A DNA stretch of 64,000 nt from Amoebidium appalachense (lineage: Eukaryota; Protista; Ichthyosporea). Of the stretch, positions 47,411 to 64,000 are shown one piece after another. Both the position numbers and the translations under genes were made by a program. How positions within the stretch are numbered: the first letter of the stretch is position 1; every line of letters starts with the position of its first letter. The stretch covers positions 5,262,543 through 5,326,542 of the forward strand of contig CAVNZM010000016.1 of assembly GCA_963693365.1 (NCBI GenBank), read 5' to 3'. The notes under the pieces were generated by a model, which saw only the letters and a program-made list of their open reading frames with translations, was not told the origin of the DNA and did no database searches.

Positions 47411-48765
47411 ACACACACACACACACTGTATCTACTTTTTATGAACACTTTGCTCATCGTCATTGAAATAATAGGCACAAACAGAATATGACGGTATTGT
47501 AACTGCGCATAAATATCACGATGTCACAACCGTTATAATAGGGCCTGTGATAATACAAAAATGTCGGTATTATCACAGGAATATCACCAAGTATTACTGT
47601 CATAAATTTAAAGACAGGTGAGTGCCGTGTTATTACTCCTGTTACACTCCAGCCACGCAAGTATGTCCGAGCACCTTTAAAGACAATGTTGCTTTATAAT
47701 TATACAACTTTCTTCAGCTGCTAGGCTATTAGTAAATCAAATCAAATACTGTTATCGATATCACAGGGACGCCACCATGCATCGTTTCAATAGTACGACC
47801 GTAATATTACGAAATATCACCACAACTACAACCCGCCTGGCTGTGTAATAATAATTTTCGGGCGTCATATTACCTAATATTACGCCACGGCAATATTCCA
47901 TGGCATATTGGGCTATATAGGGCATTTTTGAGTGTTAAAACACTTGTGTTATAACACTTTGTCTAGGATTTAGATTAGTTCATAACCTTTCAATTTCTAT
48001 ACTTTCTACCAATAGGGTAGCTCAGAAACCGAGGATCGATTTTTTCGAAGGGCCAGCCTATTTAATCTCTTGTCACCCCATAGTTCCCGTTTGCTTGTTG
48101 TTTATAGTTCGGGCAAATGTTACATGAGCCTTCATTACATATCATACCCAGAATGATAGCCATCTTGGGTTGTTGAGTTGAAGCAGCGGTCGTTTCTAGA
48201 TCTCTTTGCCATGTAGATCGATGTTTCCTGTTACCATAAGAGACATCACAATATCTGGATCTCCGGTTTTCTGGTGATTCGGGATGTGCGAAATTTAAAA
48301 GGCAAGATAATTGTTGGAATACGTAGCTGTGCACAAAATGCTTGAGTGCAAAATCTTTCTTATGTTATGCCAGACAAATAACAGGGAATCTACCAGGATA
48401 CACACTCTATTCAGAGACCAACAGTTCATGTAAAAATATAGATACATGCAAACTTTACACACCTGTATGTACAGACATGTACACAATCTATCACCAGATT
48501 ATTCAGTTGAATATACTGTTTGGGAAGGAGGGATGAAGGGGGGGGGGGGGGGGGGGGGGGGGGGGGAGGGCAATCCGGAAACACTCAGTCGCTCTTCGGG
48601 CATAGTAGTGCCTCCAGATCTCCTATCGGTTCTATGAGCCCACCAGTTATGGAAAAATATCAGCTGCAGTGACCTTGGAAGAGGACAGATTATGAGCACA
48701 GTACGGCAATGGACCCCTTTACCGGCCCTGACCCTTGAGTTCGGTTCGTGTTTCCAGGGGGGATT

Positions 48766-52920
<4,155 letters not shown>

Positions 52921-52977
52921 TCTAGATGTGAACACATATACAGCAGCTATTGGGGTAAATCATGGGGAGTGGAAGAA

Positions 52978-53015
<38 letters not shown>

Positions 53016-53039
53016 GGAGGGGGGTTGAGGGTATAGTGC

Positions 53040-53290
53040 CTCAAGGCTGAAGCCCTCCAAAATTGAAAAAATGAAAAAAAATACTTCCCGACGGTGGATT
53101 TGACATTTTTTTGGATGGATCGAAAGGCCTCGTCGAGATCTGTCGAATGACACACAAAACACAAAATGCGCCAATTTTGACCCCCCTCTCACCCGACCCG
53201 ACCCGACCCGATTACGTCATCAGAGCCTTCCGACCCGACCCGAAACGGGTCACCCTGGGCCAAACCTCTGCCCCGAGAGAGAGAGAGAGG

Positions 53291-53330
<40 letters not shown>

Positions 53331-54110
53331 ACACGGTGTCACACGCGTGGCACAAACACGGACAAACTGCGTAGAGACACACATGTGCATCTACACGCAC
53401 ACACATACACCAAACATATGAACATATTACTGGAAGCATATATCTCAAGTCTCTTGGGCCAGAGGCCGTGCGCATGCGGGTCCTGGCAATGGCTCCCCAA
53501 TCCCTCCCCCTCCCCCCCCCCCCTCCCCCCTCCCCCTTTCCCCCCCCCGTCCCCCCCCCCCCATACACACACACACACACACAGTGACAGACACAAACAC
53601 ATAGATGCACACATGTGATTCATTCCCATATGTGCTTGAACTCGCGCCCGGCCCGGACCGGATTAAAATGGATACCCGATGGATAACAGTGGGTTTGAAA
53701 TTACCCCCCCCCCCCCCCCCCCCCAGGGGGGTTCTTTATGTTGATGCAAATATCTCAGAAATTTTTGGGAAATTTTGAATTCTGAAAAAAGTTTCACCAG
53801 GAAGTCGGTGGCGCTGAGCACGTAGAACACCTTATTTTTGTAATAGCACCCCTCCTTCATTGTTTTCCAGAAAAGCGCCAATTTAGGGTCAATTAGTAAA
53901 AAAATCAAATTTTCAAACCAAAATTTCAAGATGTTCTCGCGGTGGCGCTGGGCAAGCATCCGGGTGCATTTGAAGTGACATCAAGACGGACATTTTGACG
54001 TGTCCATTTCTCAAATATCTCGATTCTATGGGGAGGCGACTTTGAGGTCTGAAATTGGATGCGATCAGGCTTGAGGCACCATAAGAAACCGAGGGAAAGG
54101 GAGGGCAATG
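53040..54110. other. Possible non-autonomous DNA transposon remnants
   Basis: (ACCCG)n clusters at ~53192-53250 and AT-rich non-coding sequence with semi-palindromic motifs; termini not defined. Confidence 0.25.
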
Positions 54111-54375
54111 CAAAGTATTCGGCAGGCCTTAGGTGTGGTTGGAGAAGGAAGAGGGGGGGGGGGGGGGGGGGGGAGGGGAGGGGGGGGGGAGGGGAGGGGG
54201 GGGGGGGGAGGAGAGTTGGCTTGTTGGGGCATAGGAAGGGAGGGGGGGAGGTCCTCTGACTTATCTCTTGTTCGTTTTTAGGTCACGGAATTGGGTTGAA
54301 ACACGACATCTGTTGTTACGGTTGGAAGAAGACAGCTAGGTGGAAAGAAAAAGGTGGGGGGGAGGGGGGAAGAAC

Positions 54376-54775
54376 CTTAAACAAGGTGGTGTGCCAGGAT
54401 TTTGGCTGTGTTTGGTTGTCGTCTGTGTGTGGGGGTCGGTATGGGGGTTGGGTGGAGAGAGAGTCTACCCGGGCAGAGAGTTGTTGGACGGTGGATTGGA
54501 GGGTGCGGAGGGTTTTGGAAAAGTCGGCAAACTTTTGCTCCTGTGTGCGTGTGTGTGTGCGTGTGTGTGTGTGTGTGCGTGCGTGTGCATGTGCGGGTGG
54601 GTATGCATGTGTGAGTGAGTGCTTATGTGTGCTCAATGGGTGCATGAGCGTGTGGGGGGGGGAGAATGCATTAAGTGGGGGAGGAGGAGGGGAGTACGGC
54701 GAGGGGAGGGGGGGGGGGGGGGGGGGGGGAGGGGGGTGGTTCAAAGGAAAACAAAAAGGGGGGGGGGGGGGGGAA

Positions 54776-54816
<41 letters not shown>

Positions 54817-56750
54817 GGAGAAAGGGAAGTTAATAGAACGAGAGCGGATGAGGAGTTAACGTTTACACAAGTCTTGAGCCCAAAAACATGCAAGCGGGTG
54901 AGGTTAGAGAGAGGGGAGGGGGAGTATTAACTGATGAAAAAGAGAATGGGGGTCGGTTCAGACGGAATCGTTTTCTGTCCTCCAACTCGTCCCTTCCCCC
55001 CCCCCCCCCCCTCCCCCACCCTGCCCCCCTGCCCCTCCCCCCCCCCCCCCCTCCCCCCGCCCCCCTCCCCCCCTCACCTCTCCCTCCTCCAACACACACA
55101 CACACACACACACAAGGTACCCTTTTGTTAGCTCCCACTCTGTATCAGGTCCTCCCCAACCTTTCTTTTTGTTTTTTAGTTCTATATCTATTATCTACTG
55201 ATCTTGTGTTATTATTTATTCCTCTGTTCTTCTCCCCGATTCCCAGAGCCCCCTTTCCAAACCCTCATGCCAGCTTCCCAACGCCTCTCCCTATGAAAAA
55301 AAGGACATACCTTCATACCCCCCCCCCCCCTCCCCCCTCCCCCCCCCCCCCCAAACACACACACACACACACAAACACACACATACATGATTTCTGTTCT
55401 CTCCTTTCACCCCCCTCCCAACTCTCTCTCCCCCCCTCCCCCCCCCCCCGACCTTTCTCCCTTCCCTTGTCTCCCACCAAACTCCATGCCTCTTAGCCCC
55501 CACACGATCTTTTCTTTGTCTCCAACAGGACTCAGTCTTTTACCGAAGCACCCCAGTCCTGGTTTTTGATGCACTAGCTACAAGATTCAATATGCTATCA
55601 TGAATAAGGAGGGGAGAGGGGGTGAGGTGGGAGGAAGGGGGGGGGGAGAAGGGGGGGGGGGGGGGGGGGGGGGAGGGGGGGGGAGGGGGGGGGGGGGGGA
55701 GCAAAAGGGGAGGTGGTGATGTGCATGTGGGTATAGCGGTACTGTACATGGAGAGGGCAGGGAGGTGAGGGAGTGGAAGCGAAGAAGAGCAAAGGCTGAC
55801 AGGGGGCGGTGGGGGGGGGGAAGGGGAGGAGGGGAGGGGAGGGGGGGGGGGGGGGGGGGGGGCGATCCTTGAAAGAAACGAAAGGAACATGCATGTTGGG
55901 AGCTGCAAAAGTACACAGTAAGAATTGGAAGTGCCATCGAATGCAGGCTGGAGTTGAGTCGGGAGGAAAGAGCGCTTCGCTTCGCACGTATGTATGTGAG
56001 CAAGTCTGCGTCTGACTTCTATTCTGTGTAAAATGCACGCGCATGTGTCGTGTGAGTGCATGGAAACAGATGGAGAAGGTCGGAGGGGAGGGGGCCATAC
56101 AATAGCAGGCACAAGCAATGTGAGTGTATGGACCATGGAAAGGGAGGGAGAGAGAAGGGGGGGAGGGGGGGAGGATAGGGGGCGGGGGGGGGATATCAGA
56201 CACGTACAAACATTTCCACGACCGCTTCCAGTTCCCCATGCTGAGCCTCCATCCTTGGCTGCCCTATGTGTGTCCGTTGACTCCTCTGGCCAAACCCCCC
56301 CACATCCACAACCGTGTGTGGTGGGTCCAAACGCACATCCCTACCAAGAACGACATCTAGATCGTTTTGCGTAAAAGGATCCCCGATGTGTTCTTCATGT
56401 CCGTGTTGGGTCGCGTGTGTGTATGTGTGTGTGAGTGTCTCATTAACCTCATGTTCTTGTGCATGGTTCCATTGGATTGATTCATCCGTGGTGATGTGCC
56501 CATTGATCGCATCGCTCGCGAGAAAGTGGGTGGGGTGAATGCTGTCAGTCATCTGTGAGGAAAACTCGTTTCTTGTGATAAAAAGTGTGTTTCTTGGTTG
56601 GGATGATTCTACCTGTTCAAGTATAGAGGTGCCATGTGCTCGTGATTTTGATGATGTCCCCCTAATCATCCCTGTGCGTGCGGGGTGGAGAGCGTAGGGG
56701 GTGGTCTGGCGCGCCTTCAACGGCGCCTTGACTGTTTTCATCTTTGTTTT
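54376..56750 (-). CDS. Hypothetical spliced gene with a coiled-coil exon
   Basis: Exon ~54540-54376 with AG/GT borders (EQKFADFSKTLRTLQSTVQQLSARVDSLSTQPP...TLFK); non-repetitive open segments at ~56750-56447 and ~56356-56207. Structure unresolved. Confidence 0.4.
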
Positions 56751-57344
56751 GCGTGTGTGTGCGTGTGTTGATGTCTCGATCTTTATAATTATCTTTGGCT
56801 TATGTATATGGGTCACGGTGTGAAACGTTAGGACTGAACGAAGACGGTTTGTGTGCAGTGCTCATGGTCATTTGCAATTGGGGCTCGCCGTATAATAATT
56901 ATACAAATATGATCGAGATAACGGCGAGATAACCACACCTCTCAACAATTCTTTGTTCTTCGCTCAATGAAGTCATAGCAAACTAAAACGAAACGAAGAG
57001 GTTTCTTTGCACGGTGCAGTTTTTTTTTTTTGAGAACCCCCCCTCCCCACCCCCCCCCCTTCCGAGTTGCTAAAATATAACCCCCCCGGCCCCCCCCCCC
57101 CCCCCCCCTTCTCCCCTCCCGCCCTCCCCCGTCCGCCCACCTTTTTTTTATTTTTCATCCCCCTCCTCATCAACCCCCCCCCCCCCCCGGGCCCCCCTCT
57201 CCCCCCTCCCCATTTTCATCGGGGCCCGGGGGGAGGGGGGAGGGGGGAGGTGGGGGTTATGATATTTCAACGACCCCCGACGGAGTGGGCACAGTTTGAA
57301 GAGTTCATCCACTAGCTGAGCAAGACTCAGCCTGCCACGGGGGG

Positions 57345-57381
<37 letters not shown>

Positions 57382-57749
57382 CCTTGAAGGTATTCCAGCA
57401 CCTATTAGTTGGCTCTTGGGGGAAGGATTTGAAGCTTCGCAACACTTGGTTAGTACTGAGTTCGAACGCAAGGCTTGGAAACAGCACACCCGTTAGGCTA
57501 ACATATGAATGTGCTGCATTTATATATTCATGTAAGTAATGGATGGTATTTATTTAGTGTACAGATAGGTATATTTGATGTGAAAATACTTTGCAAATAA
57601 TAAAAAACAAAATATCGCCACAAAAGATGTATATCTCATCACGTCGTTATCTATTATGTTTATTGAAGGGTGGAAGTATTGTGGGCTTTGGTGCCGGCAC
57701 CTAATTACAGCTCACATGTCGTGTTTTTTTAACAGCACATTTTTTTTCT

Positions 57750-59063
57750 TCTTTTGACTGGATGTATTCAACGGAAAAATATGCAAGTATGCACGGCATA
57801 CTGAGAAGGCAATAAAAACTTCACGAGTTATCCAGTAACAAGTGCATATTGAGGTACCTGAACACTGTGTGAAATCATATAGATACTCAATGTGACGACC
57901 AACAGAATTCAACAAGAAGTCTAAAGTGTTCACATTGCCAGCCAGTATAGCAGACACCCGTAGGGAAAGAGGCAAAACACGACATATAAAACTCACACCT
58001 ATCAACATGCGTTCGATTAAAAAGTTCAGCACAAGAGCGGCACCAACGGCGATGGAAATTCTAATAACAGCGCCACTGCACAACTTCCCAGCACATTTCC
58101 CCTAAAAAGATACCTATATCTAAAGATACAAATACTACAGCGATAGGAGTATCTACTATAGTACATCACCGCTTGGATCAAGAAAGAGAGAACTAGAGCG
58201 CTTAAACCCTTGGCAAATTTCCTTGAAGCAGAAGTTGCCTCCTTTCTATCTAACAACTGTTGTAAACCTGGGCCTGTAACGCTCTCGATATATGGTCTGG
58301 TCCCAATAGCTGCTAGAGTATCCTATCTCGCGCTGAAATTCAATAAGCACATAAGCCGCTTAAAGAAGTATTTGCCCTCCCACCCTCTCTTCTCTATCCG
58401 GACCTGTCCCCTCCTCACCTCTCCCCTCTTTCCTTCCGTCTCCCTCCCCTTCTCCCCTGGGCACAAATACAAATAAACCCCGCAATAGTGTGTGTGTGAC
58501 TTTGGACTGCCACTTACTTATTAAACATTTACACAATCACAAGATAATCACGCAATATAACAAATGGAAAAAGATACCACACGACACTAGACCCGATGAA
58601 AGCATACACCTTGAAAAACTAAGCCTTGTGTCTCGTTTTATATATACTGACCGCCTCAACCATATTGCCAAATATGGCACTCGCAAATGTATAACACCTA
58701 AATACATATTACCTTTCTGTAGAACTGGTCTTTCTCTAGCTGATGGTATTATTGATCAATTACCACGCTTTTACTGTACACGTGCTATACAGTGGAGATC
58801 TAATAAGTATAAGGTGGCATCATTTGCATGCCCAAACAACACACACACACACCAGTTTAACCGGTCATGTATCGCCAAATGTAGTTTAATAGACCACATA
58901 ATACCGCAACACACACACGTCACATTCACAACAGACACCCAGAAAGATAGCCTACCTGTAAATTACAACATCCTTGATTTTATACTAAACACGCGTAACT
59001 ACGACCTGTTTATTAGATGTATTGATTGGCTTGAGAAACACATCACTACAAAATTCTAGCGCA

Positions 59064-59144
<81 letters not shown>

Positions 59145-59175
59145 CCAGCTGATACCGAGTGTCCCAGGGGAGCCC

Positions 59176-59212
<37 letters not shown>

Positions 59213-59406
59213 GGGGAACCCCAACTAATTGATTTCTCCCTGTAGTCTTTATGGTGTCTCGTAGAGAAAGTAAACCCTGATATATAGTCATCACCCGACA
59301 TCTATGTACGTGATCATGATATACCGCTGAGGGGATATTCCGAGCAAAACCCCCCCCCATACCTGAGACTGGTTTCTCTTTGCCTCGAGTAAACAGCGTA
59401 AACCCC
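57750..59406 (+). mobile_element. LINE family A, copy 3 (longest); 5' boundary uncertain, firm from ~58250
   Basis: IYGLVPIAARVSYLALKFNKHISRL...HPL resembles the post-RT region of LINE ORF2; same (CA)n, A-run and tail as the other copies; degenerate ORF2-like sequence upstream. Confidence 0.7.
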
Positions 59407-59701
59407 CTATAGTACATCAGCCAATGATTGCTGCAGTATGGTCAATCTAGACTTGCATATTGACGAATGTATGGTACCTAAAGTCTGAGCAAACATCGGA
59501 TATATACAGACTTTACCGAATGATTATTAACAAACAAGCGTATAGAATGATTATATACAAACAACTATGATGTAGAGCAGAACTTGCACCTTTCTTACTG
59601 GTCAATATCATGCATATGTCAGCGTTTTCCTAAATTCATAGTTTTGACTAGACGTGGGTATGTGCATGATCAAGTATCAAACTGCCTAATTGTATGCCGC
59701 T

Positions 59702-59734
<33 letters not shown>

Positions 59735-59885
59735 GGAAGCAACAAGCAGCCAAAATGTTGCTTTCTCGTGTCGCCTATGAAAGGCCAAAAAAAGAAAAAA
59801 AAAGGAAAGAAAACAAAAGGAAAGAAAAAGAGAAAAAAGTCCCTTCACTTTCTCGCAGTGTACCACTACCATATGCAACCTAATT

Positions 59886-61655
59886 TCAAGCATCGATTCT
59901 CTTAAATCGCACCGGCATTCCATTTTTAGGCGAGAGTGCGACCCTAATTGTCCATTCCGGCTCTTCCTCCGATCCGGGCAACACCTCATATCGAAGGAAG
60001 AGAGAACTGATTACAGCTTTCATCTCAAAAAGCGCGATCCGAGATCCGATACACATGCGTGATCCAACGCCAAACGGGATATTTGCGAATTTGCGATCTC
60101 CCTCGTCCCCTGAAAGCTCCCCCCATCTCTCCGGCCGCAGCTTCTGCGCGTCTTCTGGCGTCGTGTTCCAAATTTCGGGATCGCGGCTCATGGCGTAGGT
60201 ATTTAGGACACACACCTGTGGATATGCCAGGGTTAGATAGATACACCAGAAACCAAGTAGCAGGTAGTGCGACACGGGTGGGTCTTCCGAAGTTCAAGAA
60301 AAGACATTATTGCTATTTTTCCGTTTTCTGAGAACATGGGTGGGGTGTGTGTGGGGAGGGGGCAAGAAAAAGGGGAGGAGCGCGGAAGAGGGGGGGAGGG
60401 CGGGGGGGGATAGAGTATCATGTATGGTAGCCAAAAAAACGAATCACTCACGTGCACCCACACAAGCACGACTGCTTCGAAGAACATGCCCACATGTACA
60501 GAGGCTCACTACCTTATTTTAACCCTACAGATTACATAGATAAGCCAAGCAACTTACCCCCCCCCCCCCCCCTTCCTCCCCACCCCACCAACACACACAC
60601 CAAACCATCCGAAGACTACCAAGACTCCATTGCAACGGGAAAAGCTGCATGGCCAGAGTGAGGCTTCCAACCCATTCAATCTTCTTAGATAAGGCCCGCT
60701 ATCATGGGTGTTAGCTTCCAGATGTACCGGGAAAAAAAGAGGGGGGGAGGGGGGAGGGGAGGGGGGGGGGGGGGGAGGAACTTCATGCTATGAACGAGTG
60801 ATGAGTGTGGGCCCATGTATGCATAAGAGCTAACAGTAATGTAACAAAAACAACTACAACATCGATAAAACTTCACATGAGTGCTCCCACCCACCGTGTT
60901 TTCCGGAACGAGATATTTCTGCTTCCCGTTGCCCACCACCACAGGTTTGGTTGTGGTGCGAGGAATGCCAAAGGCCACCGGCATCAAGCGCATGGTTTCC
61001 TTAACCACATGGTCGAAATATCTGGTATATCCAACCATGTGAGATATGCTAATGTGGTTGCATCATTGCATAGAAATTGTTCTTTTCTTTTTGTTTGTTT
61101 GTTTGTTGGCGGAAGGAGGGGGGAGGGGGGAGGGGGGGGGGGGGGGGGGGGGGGGGAGGACAGGAGGAAAGAGACAGATGCACATGCACACACGGACAAC
61201 CACACCCACACAACCCCCCCTCCCCCCCCTGCCCCCCCCCCCACACACACTGAGCCTCAAATCTAGGCTAAGAGGAAGAGGGTTTGGTGTGGTTGCCGTG
61301 TGTGTGTATGTGCACGCACGTGCACGTTTGTGTGTGTGCCTGTGTGTGATTGTGTGTGTGTGTGTGCAGGCGCTCATGTCTCTGGCGGTTACAACCTGAG
61401 AGAAATGGGGGGGGGGGGGGGGGGGGGGGGGGGGGATGGGTCTAAGCCTACGGTGCATGCATGCAGGAGTGAAGAATGGACTGTGTGTGTATGTGTGCAT
61501 TTGTTCGTGCGTTCGTTTGAGTGCGTGCGCGCGTGTGTGTGTGTTTGAGAGAATGCATGCATTTAAGTGCATGTGTGTGTGTGGTCTTTCGGGGAGAAGG
61601 GAGGAAGAGGGGAGAAAGGGAAGAAGGGGGAAAGGGCTGGCGTGCCGGTGGCGGG

Positions 61656-61691
<36 letters not shown>

Positions 61692-61950
61692 GGAAAGATT
61701 TTGCATACTGGGCATGCTGGAAGAGTGGTGCAGAAAGCCACGTCTCGCTTGCCAGTCCGGCATCATCCCTCACACCAACCAACTCTCTGCGTGCTTTTGC
61801 CTGCACCTGAAACCCGCACAGAAAAAATGCAAAAATACAGAATGTCATCAGTATATTATTCACCAGAGTCCGAATGTCGTCTATAAAGAAATGCCCTTCC
61901 TCCGAGATGTGTGTGCGTGTGTGGGTGGGTGGGTGGGTGGGTGGGTGGGT

Positions 61951-61990
<40 letters not shown>

Positions 61991-62096
61991 GGGGGAGGAG
62001 GGGGGGAGGGGATGTTCCCCGCCTCCATCGTGTTTTCTTTTATCTAACCTAGTCTCGTTCTTCTTTCTTTCTCTCTGACTTTCTTTTTCTTTTTTA

Positions 62097-62141
<45 letters not shown>

Positions 62142-62583
62142 GGGGGCGAGGGGGGGGGGGGGGGGGGGGAAGGCAGGGTTTGAAATACCTCAGGGTTGCG
62201 CGCGAGCAAGTCCAGAGCGGCGGATATGCTATTTATAGTGGTCTCGTAGGAGGCTATAAATAGAATGGCCAGGTTGTCATGCAGCAGCTCGCTGCCTATC
62301 TGCCCGTCGTGACTTACAGCCAATAGGAGAGCCGACATCATGTCACGTGTGGCTGCAGTGGCCTTTTCACCTGTGGCCATTTTCTGTGGAAACCACGGGG
62401 AAACGGGAGGGGGGGGGGGGGGGGGGGGGGGTAGTAAGAAAGCGTTATGGAGTACGGAGAATGTGTTAAAGAGTACTAAGAATGTGTCATAGAGTACAGA
62501 GTACACATTCAGGCAGGACAACACAGTGCAGAGTGCCAAACAGACATAACCAGTGTGCAGGCATCATAAGCAGAGCCCGTCCT

Positions 62584-62635
<52 letters not shown>

Positions 62636-62765
62636 TTGTCATCCTCAGTTTTAGAGTAGGCGCGGGGAGGAGGGGGGGGGGGGGGGTATGTCTTTGTATC
62701 TCCAAATTCCATTCTCGACCCTGCCACGGTGGCACATACATGCACACAAACATGCACACACAATC

Positions 62766-62798
<33 letters not shown>

Positions 62799-63288
62799 GT
62801 CAATTAGCCACCCCACCCCACACTTGCAACCCAACACAAAACACGAAAAACCCCCTCACCTCCATATCCTGTAGTCTCTCATCCACCAGCATCTGGCTGT
62901 ATTTTCGCACGATCTTTTCAGCCTCCCACACGCGACGGTTGGACGCAGTGGGTATGCACCACAGCGAGGGAAAAGGGGCCAACATGCGATTGGCTATGGC
63001 ATCACCAATCAGAAGCAGCGCATTAAGAAGATCCTGTAATTACGGATCAGGTTATGAGAGGTCAAATGCGATTGGATAAGACATGGCCAATCAAAAACAG
63101 CGCTTTAAGATCACGTGGTTACGAGCAACGGTTGTTGAGGTCTGATGATGCATATAGGGATGTGACGTTACCATGACGTCACTTCTACGTCAATGTGACG
63201 TCAGCTTCAATGGTAGTTTTGGCCATTCACGTACACAATACAGCCTGGGAATAAATAGAAAAATCCTATGTTGAAACTACCCCGAGAT

Positions 63289-63320
<32 letters not shown>

Positions 63321-64000
63321 CCTGTTTTTTATTCTTTCTTTTTCTTTTGGCCCGAAAAATAGCAAGGCCGATTGGGGCAACAGGTTTCCTAGTGACAGCT
63401 GTTGCTGCCCCCCTCCCCCCCCCCCCCCCCCCCACACACGTGCACACATACACACACAGAGCGAGAGAGAAAGAGAGGGAGAGAGAAAAGGGGTGTGTGT
63501 GTGTGTGTGTGTGTGTGAGGGGAGGGGAGAGAAAGAGGGGGGGGGGGGGGAGAGGGAGCGGGAGAGAGAGGGTTGGTGAGGAGGGGGGGGGGGGAGGGGG
63601 GAGGGGGAGGGGAGGAGGAGGGAGGGGGGATCCCACGTACCTCGCTCTCGCCCTTCATGGTACCGAAGTCATGGTCGTAGGCAAAGACGCCAAACACATC
63701 GACCAGAAAGCGTGCGAACAGACTGGTGACGTCAACGGGATCACCGTTTGCACTGTCAATAGTCTTTTCTGCCTGCGGGGGGGGGGGGGGGGGGGGGGGG
63801 AGGGGGGGGGGGGGGGGAGGGGGGGGGGGGGGGGTGGAAGGATCGTGTTAGGGTTCTTGGTGTTGACACTGCTTGGTCGAAAAAACTTTACAAAAGAAAC
63901 AAAGGGAAAAAACAAAACGAAAAACGAAAAACAAAAAAAACAAAAAAGATATTGAATGTTGGTTGGAATGAGAACCTGGTTGGGCAGAATGTGTGGTGTG
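59886..64000 (-). CDS. Cytochrome P450, 3' part; continues off the right edge
   Basis: Exons 63772-63641, 63033-62860, 62383-62189 (I-helix LFIASYETT), 61806-61709, 61021-60895 (KETMR, ExxR), 60215-59886 (RPERW and heme motif FGVGSRMCIG). All GT-AG and in phase. Confidence 0.95.

Noticed and set aside
61367-61396. VVTARDMSA segment as an extra P450 exon
   Set aside because: The flanking exons already join in phase (HAQ/YFDH) and there is no GT donor.

Overview
Eukaryotic, intron-rich nuclear DNA with small exons in introns full of (CA)n/(GT)n and long poly-C/poly-G runs; most ORFs in the supplied track are artefacts of these repeats. Manual splicing gives: a MATE transporter (minus, runs off the left edge); a sepiapterin-reductase-like SDR (minus, in-frame UGA, 3' half not found) head-to-head with an intact GTP cyclohydrolase I that carries an N-terminal RRM domain; a 3' fragment of a second MATE; a nested transposon block (about 33-46.7 kb) with a young full-length chromodomain Ty3/gypsy element (near-identical LTRs, CCCAT target duplication), an inverted truncated copy, and copia and piggyBac-like remnants; a gene with two copies of a BEN-like helical domain; and a cytochrome P450 (minus, runs off the right edge). 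Four 5'-truncated copies of one LINE family and other dispersed and tandem repeats are present. Best candidates for novelty: the RRM-GCH1 fusion with its divergent SPR neighbour, and a gag-UGA-pro junction followed by a long hairpin. All domain calls are motif recognition by eye; homopolymer lengths, and so some reading frames, may be sequencing errors.
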